This document shows positions 19,056-29,237 of a stretch of DNA of 54,967 nt, piece by piece. The stretch spans positions 1 through 54,967 of the forward strand of contig JABFSN010000060.1 in NCBI GenBank assembly GCA_013140575.1, given 5' to 3'. Both the position numbers and the translations under genes were made by a program. Under the pieces are notes generated by a model that did not search any database, had not been told where the DNA came from, and saw only the letters and a program-made list of their open reading frames with translations. The stretch's first letter is position 1, and every line of letters starts with the position of its first letter. The stretch comes from Phycisphaerales bacterium. Its GTDB lineage: Bacteria; Planctomycetota; Phycisphaerae; UBA1845.

Positions 19056-20321
19056 TCACCCCGACGGTGGCGAATCGGATTCCGAACCGTTGCCGATCCG
19101 GGCGCGTGCCCATTCGGATTTCGGGTCGATCTGCAACGCCGATTCGTACCACTTCCCGGCCGCCGCATCGCCCCGACCGGATTGGATGTCGCCCAGCAAA
19201 CACATGGCCTCAACCTGACGCGGATGTCGCGCCAGTAGTGCGTTCAACACCTCGACGGCGCGGGCCGCATCGCCCCGCCGCCAATCCACGTACGCCTGAA
19301 CCAGCGTCCAGTCCGGCCGCATGGGCGCGACCCCACTCCCGCTGCGCGCAGCGGCCAACGCGCCCGGATAATCGCCGCGTCGCAGCCGGATTTCGCACAG
19401 CAGGCGCCAACCGTCCGCGTCATCCGCAATCCGGTCCAGATGGGCGCGCAACTTCGATTCGGCCGTCGGCAGATCGCCGGCCCGCATGACACAGGTCACG
19501 TAGCCGTTCACCGCGGACGAGCTGACCACCTGTTCGGTGATCTCCGCCGCGTTGCTGGATTGAACGATTGGTTCCAACACCCGCGCCGCGTCGGCGTGTC
19601 GGCCCGACCGCATCAACGCCCGGCCGTACTGTTCGCGATGCCACGGCGTCGTGTCGATCAGGTCCCCGACGGCGGCGAAATCATTTGCCGCCTGTTCGTT
19701 TCGCCCCAGCAGAACAGCCAAATGCGCCCGCTGCAACAAAAGCTTCGGATTCAGATCCAGCGCCAGGATTCGCTCGTCGAGCAGCGCCCACGCATCATCG
19801 ACCCGGTCCGCGGCCACCAGCGATTCCACCACCGCCACGATGTAATCCGCGTTGTTGCCGTCACGTTCCATCGCGAGTTGATATTGCCCGAGCGCGTCGT
19901 CGTCCCGCCCGCCGCGCTGGGCGATCATCCCCCGCACGTAGGCCAGCGCCGCCGACTGGTCACCCAGCGTTTCGGCCTTGTCGCACGCCGCGGCCGCGGC
20001 CGCGATCTCGCCCTTCTCCAGCAGGCAGCTGGCCAACGAACGGTAATACAACGGCTCGTCCGGCGCGAGCGTTACGGCTTCGCGTAACGCCGACTCCGCC
20101 TCGTCGACCTGCCAGCGTTGCACTGCCTGCTGGGCGATGCGGAACTTGGCCTGTCCCCGGAATCGGTTCAGGTTCTTTTCCGCCTCGTCACGCTGCCTGT
20201 GATGCGGCGGCGTCTGGCATCCCACCACCAACATCCACGCCAGCGACACGGCAACGGCCGCCCGCGCGCCCATCGGGCGGGCCTTCCGACCAGCGGCGCG
20301 GATTTCACGTGATGTCATCAT
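19056..20321 (-). CDS. TPR-repeat lipoprotein
   Basis: 421 aa with a signal peptide and LVVGC lipobox, and multiple tetratricopeptide-like repeats. Lies immediately downstream of the secretin gene with a 4-nt overlap. Confidence 0.7.
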   Translation of the reverse strand: MMTSREIRAAGRKARPMGARAAVAVSLAWMLVVGCQTPPHHRQRDEAEKNLNRFRGQAKFRIAQQAVQRWQVDEAESALREAVTLAPDEPLYYRSLASCLLEKGEIAAAAAACDKAETLGDQSAALAYVRGMIAQRGGRDDDALGQYQLAMERDGNNADYIVAVVESLVAADRVDDAWALLDERILALDLNPKLLLQRAHLAVLLGRNEQAANDFAAVGDLIDTTPWHREQYGRALMRSGRHADAARVLEPIVQSSNAAEITEQVVSSSAVNGYVTCVMRAGDLPTAESKLRAHLDRIADDADGWRLLCEIRLRRGDYPGALAAARSGSGVAPMRPDWTLVQAYVDWRRGDAARAVEVLNALLARHPRQVEAMCLLGDIQSGRGDAAAGKWYESALQIDPKSEWARARIGNGSESDSPPSG

Positions 20322-22123
20322 GGTGTCCGTTCCTCGGAATCTTGGTCTCCGTTCGGCGCCTCGGGCGCCGCCGCCGGCGTTGGCTCGACCGGTTGCCCGC
20401 GTTGGAACAGGTCGCCTTCCATTCCCTGCTCGCGCCGAATCAAATCGTAGATGAACGTGCGGCTGATCGATCCTTCATGCTCCCAACCGCGCGACCCCTC
20501 GATTCTGTCCTTCAAACCGATCGCCGGAACCATGCGCGGGTTGTTGTGCAGCGCCATTTGCACGTTCCACGCGGCCTTGTCCATCACGCCGTCGTTGTAC
20601 AGCGACAACGCCTTGCGATAGTAGTCGTTGGCCAATCGTTCCCGCCCGTGCCACATCATGCCGCTGCGCATCCCCACGCGTACGCGTTCGATCTCCCGGA
20701 AATGTTCCGCGCTCGCCTGTGCGTAATGCTCCTCGTCCTTGATCACGTGAACGGTCAGCAGAATGATGACCTCCTCCCGGTCCAGCTCGTCACTCCGCGA
20801 TCGGAACAGATTCCCCAGCACGGGAATGTCGCCTGCGAACGGAACTTGTTCCCGGTTTTCGGCCGTCACTTCGCGGAACAACCCCCCGATCAGAATGGTG
20901 TGCCCGTCCTTCACGATGATGTTGGTGGTCACTTCCGTGGTCTGCTCGAACGGCAACTGCGCCGCCGTCAGCCCGCCGACGCTGTCTTCCGGTTTCAACT
21001 GCATCCGCACGTACCCGTCCGTCCCGATCAGCGGCCGGAAACTCAATTGCGTGCCCGTTTCCAGGAATTCCACCTTCTGCACGGCCTGCGTTTCGGTCAC
21101 CGTCGTGGTCAGATACCCGTCGCGCCGCCCGACGATGATGTTGCCCTGTTGCTTGTTCAGCGCCAGCACTTTCGGATTGGCCATCACCGTGGTGTCCGAC
21201 ACGCTTTCCAGCGCCTTGATGAACAGCGCCACGTGGTCCTTGATGACGCCGAACGTCAGTCCGCCGTCCGCGATGTTGTCGATGAAATCCGTCGACGCGT
21301 TGGCGTTGAACAACTCGAACCGTTCGTTCGGCAAGTTCCCGAAAACCAGGTTCTGGACCCCGGCCGACGACGAATTCAGCAATTCCAGATCGACCCCGGC
21401 CAGCAGACTGAAATCCACGCCCAGCGCGTTGTCGTCCGTCAGCCGCGCCCGCAGGATCGTCGCCTCGATCAGCACCTGTTGCGGCCGAACGTCGATCTGC
21501 CCGATGACGTCGGCGATCCGATCCAGGTTCTCCGGATAGTCGTACACCACGATAAAATCATGCGTCGCCAACCCGTCAACCGCCGCGTCGTCGGCCGCCG
21601 CCGCCGCCCCGCCCGTCCCGTCCACCCCCGGCAGCGTCGTCCGCCCTTCCTTGCTCAACATCGGCGCCAGCACCGGCGCCACGTCGCCCGCCGTCAGATA
21701 GTTCAGCGTGAAGACCCGAACCGCGATCGGGTTTTGCTGAATTTTCAGCGAAGCCATCTCCTCGTTGGTGTACACGAAAATGAATTCGCCGCGCGTGACG
21801 TGTCCGCAGTTGTTCGCCGTCAGCACCGCGGTCAACGCCTCGTCGAATGTGGCGTTGTACAGATCGGCCGTCACCGTCCCCTTCACGCCGGGCGAGGCCA
21901 CGATGTTGCGGGAACTCTTGACGCTCAACAGGCGCAGAACCGTACCCAACGGCATGTCCGTGACGTGCAGTTCCACGCCGTCAGTGTCCGCGACCTCGAC
22001 GGTATCCCCATTCAGACGGTCAAGTACGCTTGCCGGCTGGCCGTGGACATAAGCGGGCTGGATCATCCACACAACGGCCCAAACCAGTGCCGGGCCGCGA
22101 ATTGACGGTCGATCGATGCGCAT
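20318..22123 (-). CDS. secretin (GspD/PilQ family, type II/IV secretion outer-membrane channel)
   Basis: 601 aa. The C-terminal secretin domain VMANPKVLALNKQQGNIIVG...IPVLGNLFRSRSDELDREEVIILLTVHVI is classical, with N-terminal N-domains. Confidence 0.85.
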   Translation of the reverse strand: MRIDRPSIRGPALVWAVVWMIQPAYVHGQPASVLDRLNGDTVEVADTDGVELHVTDMPLGTVLRLLSVKSSRNIVASPGVKGTVTADLYNATFDEALTAVLTANNCGHVTRGEFIFVYTNEEMASLKIQQNPIAVRVFTLNYLTAGDVAPVLAPMLSKEGRTTLPGVDGTGGAAAAADDAAVDGLATHDFIVVYDYPENLDRIADVIGQIDVRPQQVLIEATILRARLTDDNALGVDFSLLAGVDLELLNSSSAGVQNLVFGNLPNERFELFNANASTDFIDNIADGGLTFGVIKDHVALFIKALESVSDTTVMANPKVLALNKQQGNIIVGRRDGYLTTTVTETQAVQKVEFLETGTQLSFRPLIGTDGYVRMQLKPEDSVGGLTAAQLPFEQTTEVTTNIIVKDGHTILIGGLFREVTAENREQVPFAGDIPVLGNLFRSRSDELDREEVIILLTVHVIKDEEHYAQASAEHFREIERVRVGMRSGMMWHGRERLANDYYRKALSLYNDGVMDKAAWNVQMALHNNPRMVPAIGLKDRIEGSRGWEHEGSISRTFIYDLIRREQGMEGDLFQRGQPVEPTPAAAPEAPNGDQDSEERTP

Positions 22124-22192
22124 GACACAACGCTTTCGGCGCCGCCGTGACGCCGGCGCGGAATCGGCGCGAACCGATTACGGGCCGCCGGC

Positions 22193-22462
22193 CTACTGGG
22201 GCGCTGACTTGTTATCGGTACCCTCTATGCGGACCTTGAAAGTGTGACCCTTGGCGAATTCCCGCACATCGGCCAGCAATTGATTGGTTTTGCGGACCTC
22301 GTCCAGGATCTGCTGCCGCTGCAATCCGCTGTCGGGGATTTGGGCCTGCGCCGCCGGCAACGACGGGGTCGGAAGCCAGACCTTCCACACCGTTGCCGCG
22401 ATGAAAACCGCCACCGCAATTCGGCCGGTCGATAATTTCGTAGCTTGGTGTGTGCATTGCAT
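22193..22462 (-). CDS. small membrane-anchored hypothetical protein
   Basis: About 89 aa counted from the ATG at 22462, which has an AAGGAGG RBS. One TM helix. Sits between the pseudopilin and secretin genes. Confidence 0.35.
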   Translation of the reverse strand: MQCTHQATKLSTGRIAVAVFIAATVWKVWLPTPSLPAAQAQIPDSGLQRQQILDEVRKTNQLLADVREFAKGHTFKVRIEGTDNKSAPQ

Positions 22463-22501
22463 GGGAGCCTCCTTGCTCAATTCAGTTGAAAACCGGCGGT
22501 A

Positions 22502-22921
22502 TTATAGGGCTCGGCGCTCCTCCGCGTCGTTCGGCTTGAAAACGCCGGTTGCCGGATCATACACCCAATCGGTCGTTCCAACTGGCGCGGAAGGCAAGCC
22601 CACGCGATTGCCTCGCGTAAATGGGTTGGCGGGCATGTGCCGCAAGTAGACCTCCATGTCCGATGGCGGCCCCACCGTCGGTTCCGCGCCGTCGAGCGAC
22701 TCAAGCGCTTCCAGCGATGGGTACGAGGCGCCGTGATCTGCCCAATAGCGGTCGATCGCCGACCGCACCGTTTTTAGGGAGGCAATCAGGGCCTTCTGCT
22801 GGATTTCCGGACGCTTCACGTCGTAGTCCGGAATGGCAACCGCTGCGATTAGCCCGGCGATAAAAAACAGGGCGATGACTTCGACGAGGGCACTGGCTCT
22901 TCGTTCCATGACACCCGGCAT
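22502..22921 (-). CDS. GspG-like pseudopilin (prepilin-type N-terminal domain)
   Basis: Internal start MPGVMERRASALVEVIALFFIAGLIAAVAIP. A Glu at +5 of the hydrophobic segment is followed by a GspG-like globular domain (YPSLEALESL ... WVYDPATGVF). Confidence 0.55.
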   Translation of the reverse strand: MPGVMERRASALVEVIALFFIAGLIAAVAIPDYDVKRPEIQQKALIASLKTVRSAIDRYWADHGASYPSLEALESLDGAEPTVGPPSDMEVYLRHMPANPFTRGNRVGLPSAPVGTTDWVYDPATGVFKPNDAEERRAL

Positions 22922-23012
22922 ATCGGATGCGACGCGGCGGCGCTTGAGGGGCCACCGTCCGACTTCCCGCGGTGGCGCGTGGCGCCGCCGGCGCGACGCT
23001 CTTAGCGGACCT

Positions 23013-24419
23013 TCATCCGTTCCGCGGCGCGCAGGACGCCATCGGCCGGACCTCTCCATACATCGCGGCGGCGCCTACGCAGATGAATGCCACGCCCAAC
23101 AGCCCCGCGCAAGCCCACGGCGGGCAATTCTCCGATCCGACAATCGCGTACGCCAGCGCGGCGCCGGTCCAGATGCGGAGCGAAGCGGACAGTAGGCCAA
23201 CGATCCCCGACATCCGGACGCCGAATGGCGAGGTCGATTCCGCGATGGACCGTGCGGCCACCTCCGCGGCAACGAACGCAGCCACGCAAGGCAGGATGAG
23301 TGACGACCAGATTGACGAAACGCGTGGCGCGATTCGCTGACGCTCCAACAGGGTCATGAACACGATGTTGACCGCACCGGCCAGCACGCACGCGAATGAA
23401 AACGCGATAGGCCCGCGCCGGTTCGATCGAACGGCTGCAGCACCCCCGCCGGCCGCGGCCGCGGTGACGAGGATCAACAGCGGCGTGATGTCGAATGTGT
23501 CCACGGCGCCCGTTGATCGGCCGCGGTGCCAAATCCACCAGGTCAGGACCACCGCACCGGCCAGGTGAAATGTCGCACGGACGGACGCCGGTGGCATCGC
23601 GTCCGGTCCCGCGTAGTCGAGTTTGTTCGGCCGAACGCCCGGTTCCCGCGTGCGTCGCGGCGGCCGATCGGCGTCGCGCGCCCCGTTAATCGCCGTCGCC
23701 AACAACGGAACGGATGCGAACAGGAACATTATCGCGGGTGGAATGCCGGCTGCACCCACTGCGTCGGACAGTCCGATCCCGGTCCCCGTGCCCAGTAGAA
23801 CCCACGCGAGGGACGCCGGACTCCATCGACCGCCGCGTTCTCCGTGGTGCAGCACACACGTAACCGCGCAACCGATCGCGCCCAGCGGCGGGCCGCACGC
23901 AACCAGACCCGTCGCGAACTCCAGCGCCCATCGCAGCCCGTTGGTCCAGAAAAACCGGGTTGACGCTGCGTGATGAAACTCCACGGCCAGATTCAACGGA
24001 ACGGCAGCGCCGGCGACGATCAGCCCGGACACCAGAACGACCGCGGCGGACACGGTTCGCAAAAGTGATTCGTCACGTCCGATGGGCATATCGGCGCCAG
24101 GGCGCGTCCACGGCGACACCGACCGCCCGATCCGCCGGGCGATCAACATCGCCGACCATCGCGGCACGCCCATCCCGACCGAAACGGAAAGCATCGCCGC
24201 GGCGACGACCGCGATCGTGCCGTCCGGAATCGCGGTCACGTCGCTGATCCGTCCAACCAACACCCGCCCCGTCCAACCAAGGGCCGCACCGACGGTCAGC
24301 GCGGCGACCACCGGGCTGCGTGGCGCCGGGATTCGCTCGACGCCCGATTCACGCGAGTGCGACGGCCGCCCTCGGGTCGGTCGCGGATTTGAATGCTGCC
24401 GGTTCGTCCGTCCCATCAC
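23013..24419 (-). CDS. polytopic membrane protein, function unknown
   Basis: 468 aa with at least 10 predicted TM helices. Same strand as birA and the pseudopilin; birA's stop overlaps its start. Confidence 0.5.
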   Translation of the reverse strand: MMGRTNRQHSNPRPTRGRPSHSRESGVERIPAPRSPVVAALTVGAALGWTGRVLVGRISDVTAIPDGTIAVVAAAMLSVSVGMGVPRWSAMLIARRIGRSVSPWTRPGADMPIGRDESLLRTVSAAVVLVSGLIVAGAAVPLNLAVEFHHAASTRFFWTNGLRWALEFATGLVACGPPLGAIGCAVTCVLHHGERGGRWSPASLAWVLLGTGTGIGLSDAVGAAGIPPAIMFLFASVPLLATAINGARDADRPPRRTREPGVRPNKLDYAGPDAMPPASVRATFHLAGAVVLTWWIWHRGRSTGAVDTFDITPLLILVTAAAAGGGAAAVRSNRRGPIAFSFACVLAGAVNIVFMTLLERQRIAPRVSSIWSSLILPCVAAFVAAEVAARSIAESTSPFGVRMSGIVGLLSASLRIWTGAALAYAIVGSENCPPWACAGLLGVAFICVGAAAMYGEVRPMASCAPRNG

Positions 24420-25252
24420 TCGCCTTGCGGGGGCGGGTTCGATTCCCGCCGCGCCATCACCGAAGTCGATGCGGCTGGAAACACCCTCCGCCCGCCGTCG
24501 TCAAGCTGCACCAGCAACCCCGCCGCGGGGTCGATGTCGAGGACGTGTCCTGTATAGTCCACCCCGTCGCTACGCAATCGAACCGCACCCCCCAGCGGGG
24601 CCGCGCAACGCAGATACGCGCCCCGTACCTGATCCGCCGACCAGCGCCGCGGCTCGCTCAACCAGCGATCCAAGCCGGACAACAACGCACCCGCGACGGC
24701 CTCGCGATCCACCGCCGCCCGCGACTCGACATACAGTGATGTGGCGCGCGACCGTAGTTCCGGTGGGAAATGCCCGGCGTGTTGCAGACAGTTGATCCCG
24801 ATGCCCATGGCGTACGCCCGCCGCCGGTCGGTTCGCGTTCTCGATTCCACCAGAATCCCGGCCACCTTGCGTTCGGCGATGAACACGTCGTTCGGCCAGA
24901 CCAGCGTGGCGCAAATCCCCGTGGAATGCAGGATGGCCTCCACCGTGGCGATTCCACCGATGAGGGCCAGCGCATCGATCGCCGGCAACGGCTGGGCATC
25001 CGAATCAACCAGCAGCACCGAACACACCACGCCGCCGCCGCGCGGCGAAATCCACGATCGGCCGAATCGACCGCGACCGGCCGTCTGCTGCTCGGCGAAG
25101 GCCACGCGACCGTCGGCGTCCGGGTCATTCAGGTGTTCGAACACCACATCGTTGGTGCTGGTGGTGATGTCCAGCACGTCGACGCGGCGGGCCAACCGGG
25201 CGAATCTCCGTCCGCCGACGACACGGTCAATCTGTAGCAGACCGGCCGACAT
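24416..25252 (-). CDS. birA: biotin--[acetyl-CoA-carboxylase] ligase
   Basis: AEQQTAGRGRFGRSWISP and TLVWPNDVFIAERKVAGILVE match the BPL catalytic-domain signature. Confidence 0.85.
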   Translation of the reverse strand: MSAGLLQIDRVVGGRRFARLARRVDVLDITTSTNDVVFEHLNDPDADGRVAFAEQQTAGRGRFGRSWISPRGGGVVCSVLLVDSDAQPLPAIDALALIGGIATVEAILHSTGICATLVWPNDVFIAERKVAGILVESRTRTDRRRAYAMGIGINCLQHAGHFPPELRSRATSLYVESRAAVDREAVAGALLSGLDRWLSEPRRWSADQVRGAYLRCAAPLGGAVRLRSDGVDYTGHVLDIDPAAGLLVQLDDGGRRVFPAASTSVMARRESNPPPQGE

Positions 25253-25256
25253 CGGA

Positions 25257-26825
25257 CTATTTCACCCTCCGCGGCGCGATCCATTCCCACGGGACGTCGC
25301 GCACCGGCCGGTCCCGCAAGGCCCAGACCAGCAGAATCGGCCTGGTCGGGTCTCGATCGTCACCGTCAATGCCGGCGGGGGCGTAGTAGGTGTCAAGCAA
25401 TGGCATCAGGAACTCGAAACCCGGTTCCACGAACAACATCATCCGCGGCCGGCTGTTTTCCAGTTCATTTAGGAGAACCTCGCGCCGCGATTCGAACCCG
25501 ACCGCGCCCCGTTCCAATGCCCCGATCATGGTGTACCGCGACGCACAGCGTCGGTTCGCGTAGTAGTAGATGCCCGCGTCCTTGCCCCAGATGAACACCG
25601 TGTCATTGGGTTCCGTCAACTCGGCCACCCGCCGTCCCTGGGCCCGCGCCCATTGGTCGCGGTAATCGTACCGCCCCGCGGCGAATTGCGCCACGTCCAC
25701 ACCCAGATAATAGCGATACTGAAACGCCGCCAGCGCGACCAGCCAACCCAATCCGACGACCCACGCCGCGGGTCGCGCCAGCGGAGCCCCTATCCACAAG
25801 AGCCCGCAACCCACCACCATCGGTGCGATCATCAAGTAGTAGTAATGCGGCCAGAATCGTCCGGGCATCACGACCGCGAAGAAGCACGCCAGCAGGTAGC
25901 ACACCCATGCACATTCAATTCCTGCCGGGGTTTTCCGCACCGACTTCGCCAACACCACGAAAACCGCGATCGTGGCCAACCACAACGGCAAGGCGGATGC
26001 GAACACCGGAAAAATTGGATCGAAGAATTCGCCGATCCGTAGGTGCCCTCGCGTATCCGCACCGGCATATCCCACGTTGAACCGAAACACCGCGTCGACG
26101 AACGCTTCCCACCGACCGGTCGCGGCGAAATAACCGCCGATCCCCATCCAAAACAACGCCGGTCCGGCGGCCAGGTACAACACGATGCGAATTGCATATC
26201 GCGCCGAACGGTCCGGCAAGCGCCGGTTGTATAGCGACCAGATCAGCAGCGCGACCCAAATCGGCGCGACCACCGTCTTGAGCGTCGACGCGACACCCAA
26301 TAACATCCCCGCAATCAGCAATCGCCTGTTCGTTGCCATCGGCCCGCCGGTCAACACGGCCAACGCCCCCAGCGTCAGCGTGTTCATGTAGATTTCGCGG
26401 TTGCACCCGTCGCCGGCCGTCCCCGGGTCGGACGAAACTATTGCGAATGCAATCGCCGCGAACACCCCGGCCGCGTCGCCCACCCGCCGCGACACGAGCT
26501 GGAATACAAGCCCCATCGACGCCAGCGAGAACCCCGTCGCCAGCCATCGAAACACCGCTTCCCCGTCGCCGAACAGCGCAATCACTCCCGCGAACAGAAC
26601 AAACACCCCCGGCGGCTGATGGTCCCACACGTCCACGTACAACCGATCCCCGGCCAGCAACCGCCCGCCGATGTACGCGTAATTGCACTCGTCGGTTTCC
26701 AATGGCGCCGGAAAGGCGTGCAGCCGAAACACAACCAGCACCCCGGCCGCGATGATAAGGCCAATCCAAATCGGCCACCGCGTGCCACGTGATCGAGTTG
26801 GCGTCACGTCAGTTTGCGAGTTCAT
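25257..26825 (-). CDS. GT-C fold membrane glycosyltransferase (family 39/83-like, PMT/ArnT-like)
   Basis: 522 aa with about 12 TM helices. An N-terminal DE..Y..GGRLLAGDRLYVDVWDHQPPG loop-1 motif is typical of the ArnT/PMT_2 family. Confidence 0.6.
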   Translation of the reverse strand: MNSQTDVTPTRSRGTRWPIWIGLIIAAGVLVVFRLHAFPAPLETDECNYAYIGGRLLAGDRLYVDVWDHQPPGVFVLFAGVIALFGDGEAVFRWLATGFSLASMGLVFQLVSRRVGDAAGVFAAIAFAIVSSDPGTAGDGCNREIYMNTLTLGALAVLTGGPMATNRRLLIAGMLLGVASTLKTVVAPIWVALLIWSLYNRRLPDRSARYAIRIVLYLAAGPALFWMGIGGYFAATGRWEAFVDAVFRFNVGYAGADTRGHLRIGEFFDPIFPVFASALPLWLATIAVFVVLAKSVRKTPAGIECAWVCYLLACFFAVVMPGRFWPHYYYLMIAPMVVGCGLLWIGAPLARPAAWVVGLGWLVALAAFQYRYYLGVDVAQFAAGRYDYRDQWARAQGRRVAELTEPNDTVFIWGKDAGIYYYANRRCASRYTMIGALERGAVGFESRREVLLNELENSRPRMMLFVEPGFEFLMPLLDTYYAPAGIDGDDRDPTRPILLVWALRDRPVRDVPWEWIAPRRVK

Positions 26826-26879
26826 TCGACTTGCGCCCGATCCACGATCCGATTCAAGCCGATGGCTCGGCGGAAAACC

Positions 26880-26912
26880 GCGTCTTTCCGAGCCGCGACC
26901 GTAAGGGAGCGG
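26880..26912. repeat. left arm of 33-bp perfect inverted repeat flanking the T5orf172 operon
   Basis: gcgtctttccgagccgcgaccgtaagggagcgg is the exact reverse complement of 29238-29270. Confidence 0.7.
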
Positions 26913-26951
26913 TCTGACGCAAAGGCACGGTGGCGGCTTCGCCGCGCCGGT

Positions 26952-28430
26952 TCAATCCTCGGCAATCGCATCCTCTTCCGGTTCATCAAGTTCGTCGTAA
27001 ATCCGCTCCACGTATTCGGCGTCCTCGTCCGAGATTTGCATGGTGTCGCGGTACTGCAACGCCTCCGCGTCGGCCGTGTATTGCACCTCGCCGTGATTGG
27101 CCTCTACGATCGCGCGGATGGATTCGATGTCCGCTCTGAAGAACTCCTTGCGGGGGTTGACCTTGTTCATGCGCAGTTTGTGTAACGCTCGATGCAGCGC
27201 GTTTTCCAGCGACGGCGCATCGTCGCAGGAAATCATCATGTGCACGTCGTAGGGAAATGGAACGGCCGCGCCCGACAGTTCTCTCACCCGTTCCTCCGGT
27301 TCAAGCCGCCGGCTCATTCCGATTTTGAATACGCCGTCGCCGAAGGAGCCGATGTTGGAAATCACATAGACGTGGCCCGACTTGGTGAGCTGCGCCTGCG
27401 AAATCGCCCGCTCGTGTCTGCCCTCGGCCTCCGTGAGCCGCCCCCTCAACCGTTCGACCTCCGCGCTGTGCTCGTCCTTCGCTTCGCGAAGGGCCTTTTC
27501 CAAGGCCGCCCGAATCGCGACCCGCTCGCGATCGAGCCGCTCCAACTCGCGTTTGATCTCGTCCTCCCGCTTCATCTCTTCGCGAATCTGGGCTTTGATT
27601 CGAGCCTGCTCCTCTCGCTCGAATGCCGCCCGCACGGCGCGCTCGAACTCCGCTTTCAGGTTGGCCAACATTCTCGCTTCATCGGCCTCGCCGATGCCAA
27701 AACCGATTTCGCGGCACCATTCGATGGTCTTGATCAGGCGTTGTTTGCTGCTCGCGAAATTGTTCGGCGTTATGGACGAATCGATCCACTTGACGGTATC
27801 GTTCAAGTATCGATCGGCCAATTCTGAACTTCTTGCACCAATCCTGTGTTGCTCTTCCTCACGAATGTCATGGTCCAACTGCAGCTTTCGCAGGTTTACA
27901 TCGACGTTTTGAAGATCGCGTTTCAGGATGATGTTCTCCTGATGGAGCTCATCATACGATACGACTCGCCGGGCAAACTCCGCCTTTGCCAGACTTAACG
28001 CATCCTCCCGCAACGCGAATTCCGTCGATCGTCTTTCCAGATTCGCGTTTACCTCGTGAGAATGATTCTCGACCTCCTGTGCTCGCCTTCCGATCGCCGT
28101 ATCTCGCGCTTCAACTTGCTTTTCGAACTCGCGCACTCGCACGTCAAACTCACGCTTGCGTATGTCAAGCTGGTCGGCCTCCCGCTCCATTTGTTGAAAG
28201 GAGCCGACGGCCTTCAGAAACTGCGCCTGCGTTGCGTTGAAGCGTTCCCAGTCTTCGTCCTGTTTCCGTTTGCGAGCTTCGGATCGCTCTAGATTCTCTT
28301 GAATCTCCATCGCCTTGAGACCCAACTCCCGTAATCGTTGTCGGCGACCGGCACGGGAACCTTCAAGAACGGTGAAGGCAAGAAATGCACCGCCGACGAA
28401 TCCGGCGAGCGCAAATAAAAGTTCAGTCAT
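26952..28430 (-). CDS. membrane-anchored coiled-coil protein with C-terminal T5orf172/MUG113 (GIY-YIG-like) domain (DUF4041-type architecture)
   Basis: N-terminal TM (LLFALAGFVGGAFLAFTVL) and about 330 aa of Glu/Arg-rich coiled coil. Then GHVYVISNIGSFGDGVFKIGMSRR...VPFPYDVHMMISCDDAPSLENALHRALHKLRMN...REFF, matching T5orf172. Acidic C-terminal tail. Confidence 0.65.
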   Translation of the reverse strand: MTELLFALAGFVGGAFLAFTVLEGSRAGRRQRLRELGLKAMEIQENLERSEARKRKQDEDWERFNATQAQFLKAVGSFQQMEREADQLDIRKREFDVRVREFEKQVEARDTAIGRRAQEVENHSHEVNANLERRSTEFALREDALSLAKAEFARRVVSYDELHQENIILKRDLQNVDVNLRKLQLDHDIREEEQHRIGARSSELADRYLNDTVKWIDSSITPNNFASSKQRLIKTIEWCREIGFGIGEADEARMLANLKAEFERAVRAAFEREEQARIKAQIREEMKREDEIKRELERLDRERVAIRAALEKALREAKDEHSAEVERLRGRLTEAEGRHERAISQAQLTKSGHVYVISNIGSFGDGVFKIGMSRRLEPEERVRELSGAAVPFPYDVHMMISCDDAPSLENALHRALHKLRMNKVNPRKEFFRADIESIRAIVEANHGEVQYTADAEALQYRDTMQISDEDAEYVERIYDELDEPEEDAIAED

Positions 28431-29113
28431 TGTTTGTCTCCGCCGGTCGAAGGGGAGTTACCTGTAATGATTGTGTGCCAAGTCGTTCGGCCGCATTCGG
28501 AACAGTGGATTTGTTCAAGGAACATTGCCTTCGGCGCCTCTGCTATTGCGCCGCAGGCAAAGCACTTTGCGGAAACGACCTGGCCCAGTCTCGTCGCTAT
28601 CAAAACCCGATACGATGCCCCGTCCCTTTCCCGGAAAACCAGACCCATGTGTTCCCACGATTCGGCGATCGACCGCCACCGGGCTTGGTCGCCGCCAAGT
28701 TGTTGGCGAAGCTCATCCTGTCGGACGTGCGGATGCTGTTCGAGGTGATGCCACATGCGGTGTGCGTCCCACATGAACGCCCGCGCCTGCGCAAGACGAT
28801 CCGCAAGATCGTCGGACGCGAACTTGTCGATGCGGCGGTATTCGGCGAAGAGCGCCTCCATTTTGTTCAATGTCTCGAAGTCGAACAGCAAGGGGGCGAC
28901 ATTGAGAACCATGTCGATGGCCTCGACGCTCTTGAATTCCCGCTCTTCCCAGCGGCGCTCGTACTGCATCATTCCGTCGATGTACGGCCACGAATCGACG
29001 GCTCGGCGAAGGGCCTCACGGTACAATCCCTGCCTCAGCGCGCTTTGCGCGTCAGACATGAGCTTGTGGTACGCGTCGCGATGGGCCTCCAATTCCGCCT
29101 TCTTCATGGCCAT
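28427..29113 (-). CDS. hypothetical protein with predicted winged-helix and C-terminal zinc ribbon
   Basis: 228 aa, helical N-terminus, a wHTH-like segment and CFACG...CSECG (two CxxC pairs). Its stop overlaps the start of the T5orf172 gene by 4 nt, so it is the first gene of the operon. Confidence 0.5.
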   Translation of the reverse strand: MAMKKAELEAHRDAYHKLMSDAQSALRQGLYREALRRAVDSWPYIDGMMQYERRWEEREFKSVEAIDMVLNVAPLLFDFETLNKMEALFAEYRRIDKFASDDLADRLAQARAFMWDAHRMWHHLEQHPHVRQDELRQQLGGDQARWRSIAESWEHMGLVFRERDGASYRVLIATRLGQVVSAKCFACGAIAEAPKAMFLEQIHCSECGRTTWHTIITGNSPSTGGDKQ

Positions 29114-29237
29114 GGCGTCACTCCGCGCTGCATGACAATTCGATGGGTGGTGCGATGTTACGCAATCGGAGAGACTTTAGCCCGGCGCTCGATGGCAGGC
29201 AACGCCGCAATGCGTACTGCGGGAGTGGTCGGCGTGC

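Noticed and set aside
19568-22105. 845-aa + strand ORF
   Set aside because: Antisense to the TPR and secretin genes. It is Arg/Pro-rich and low-complexity.
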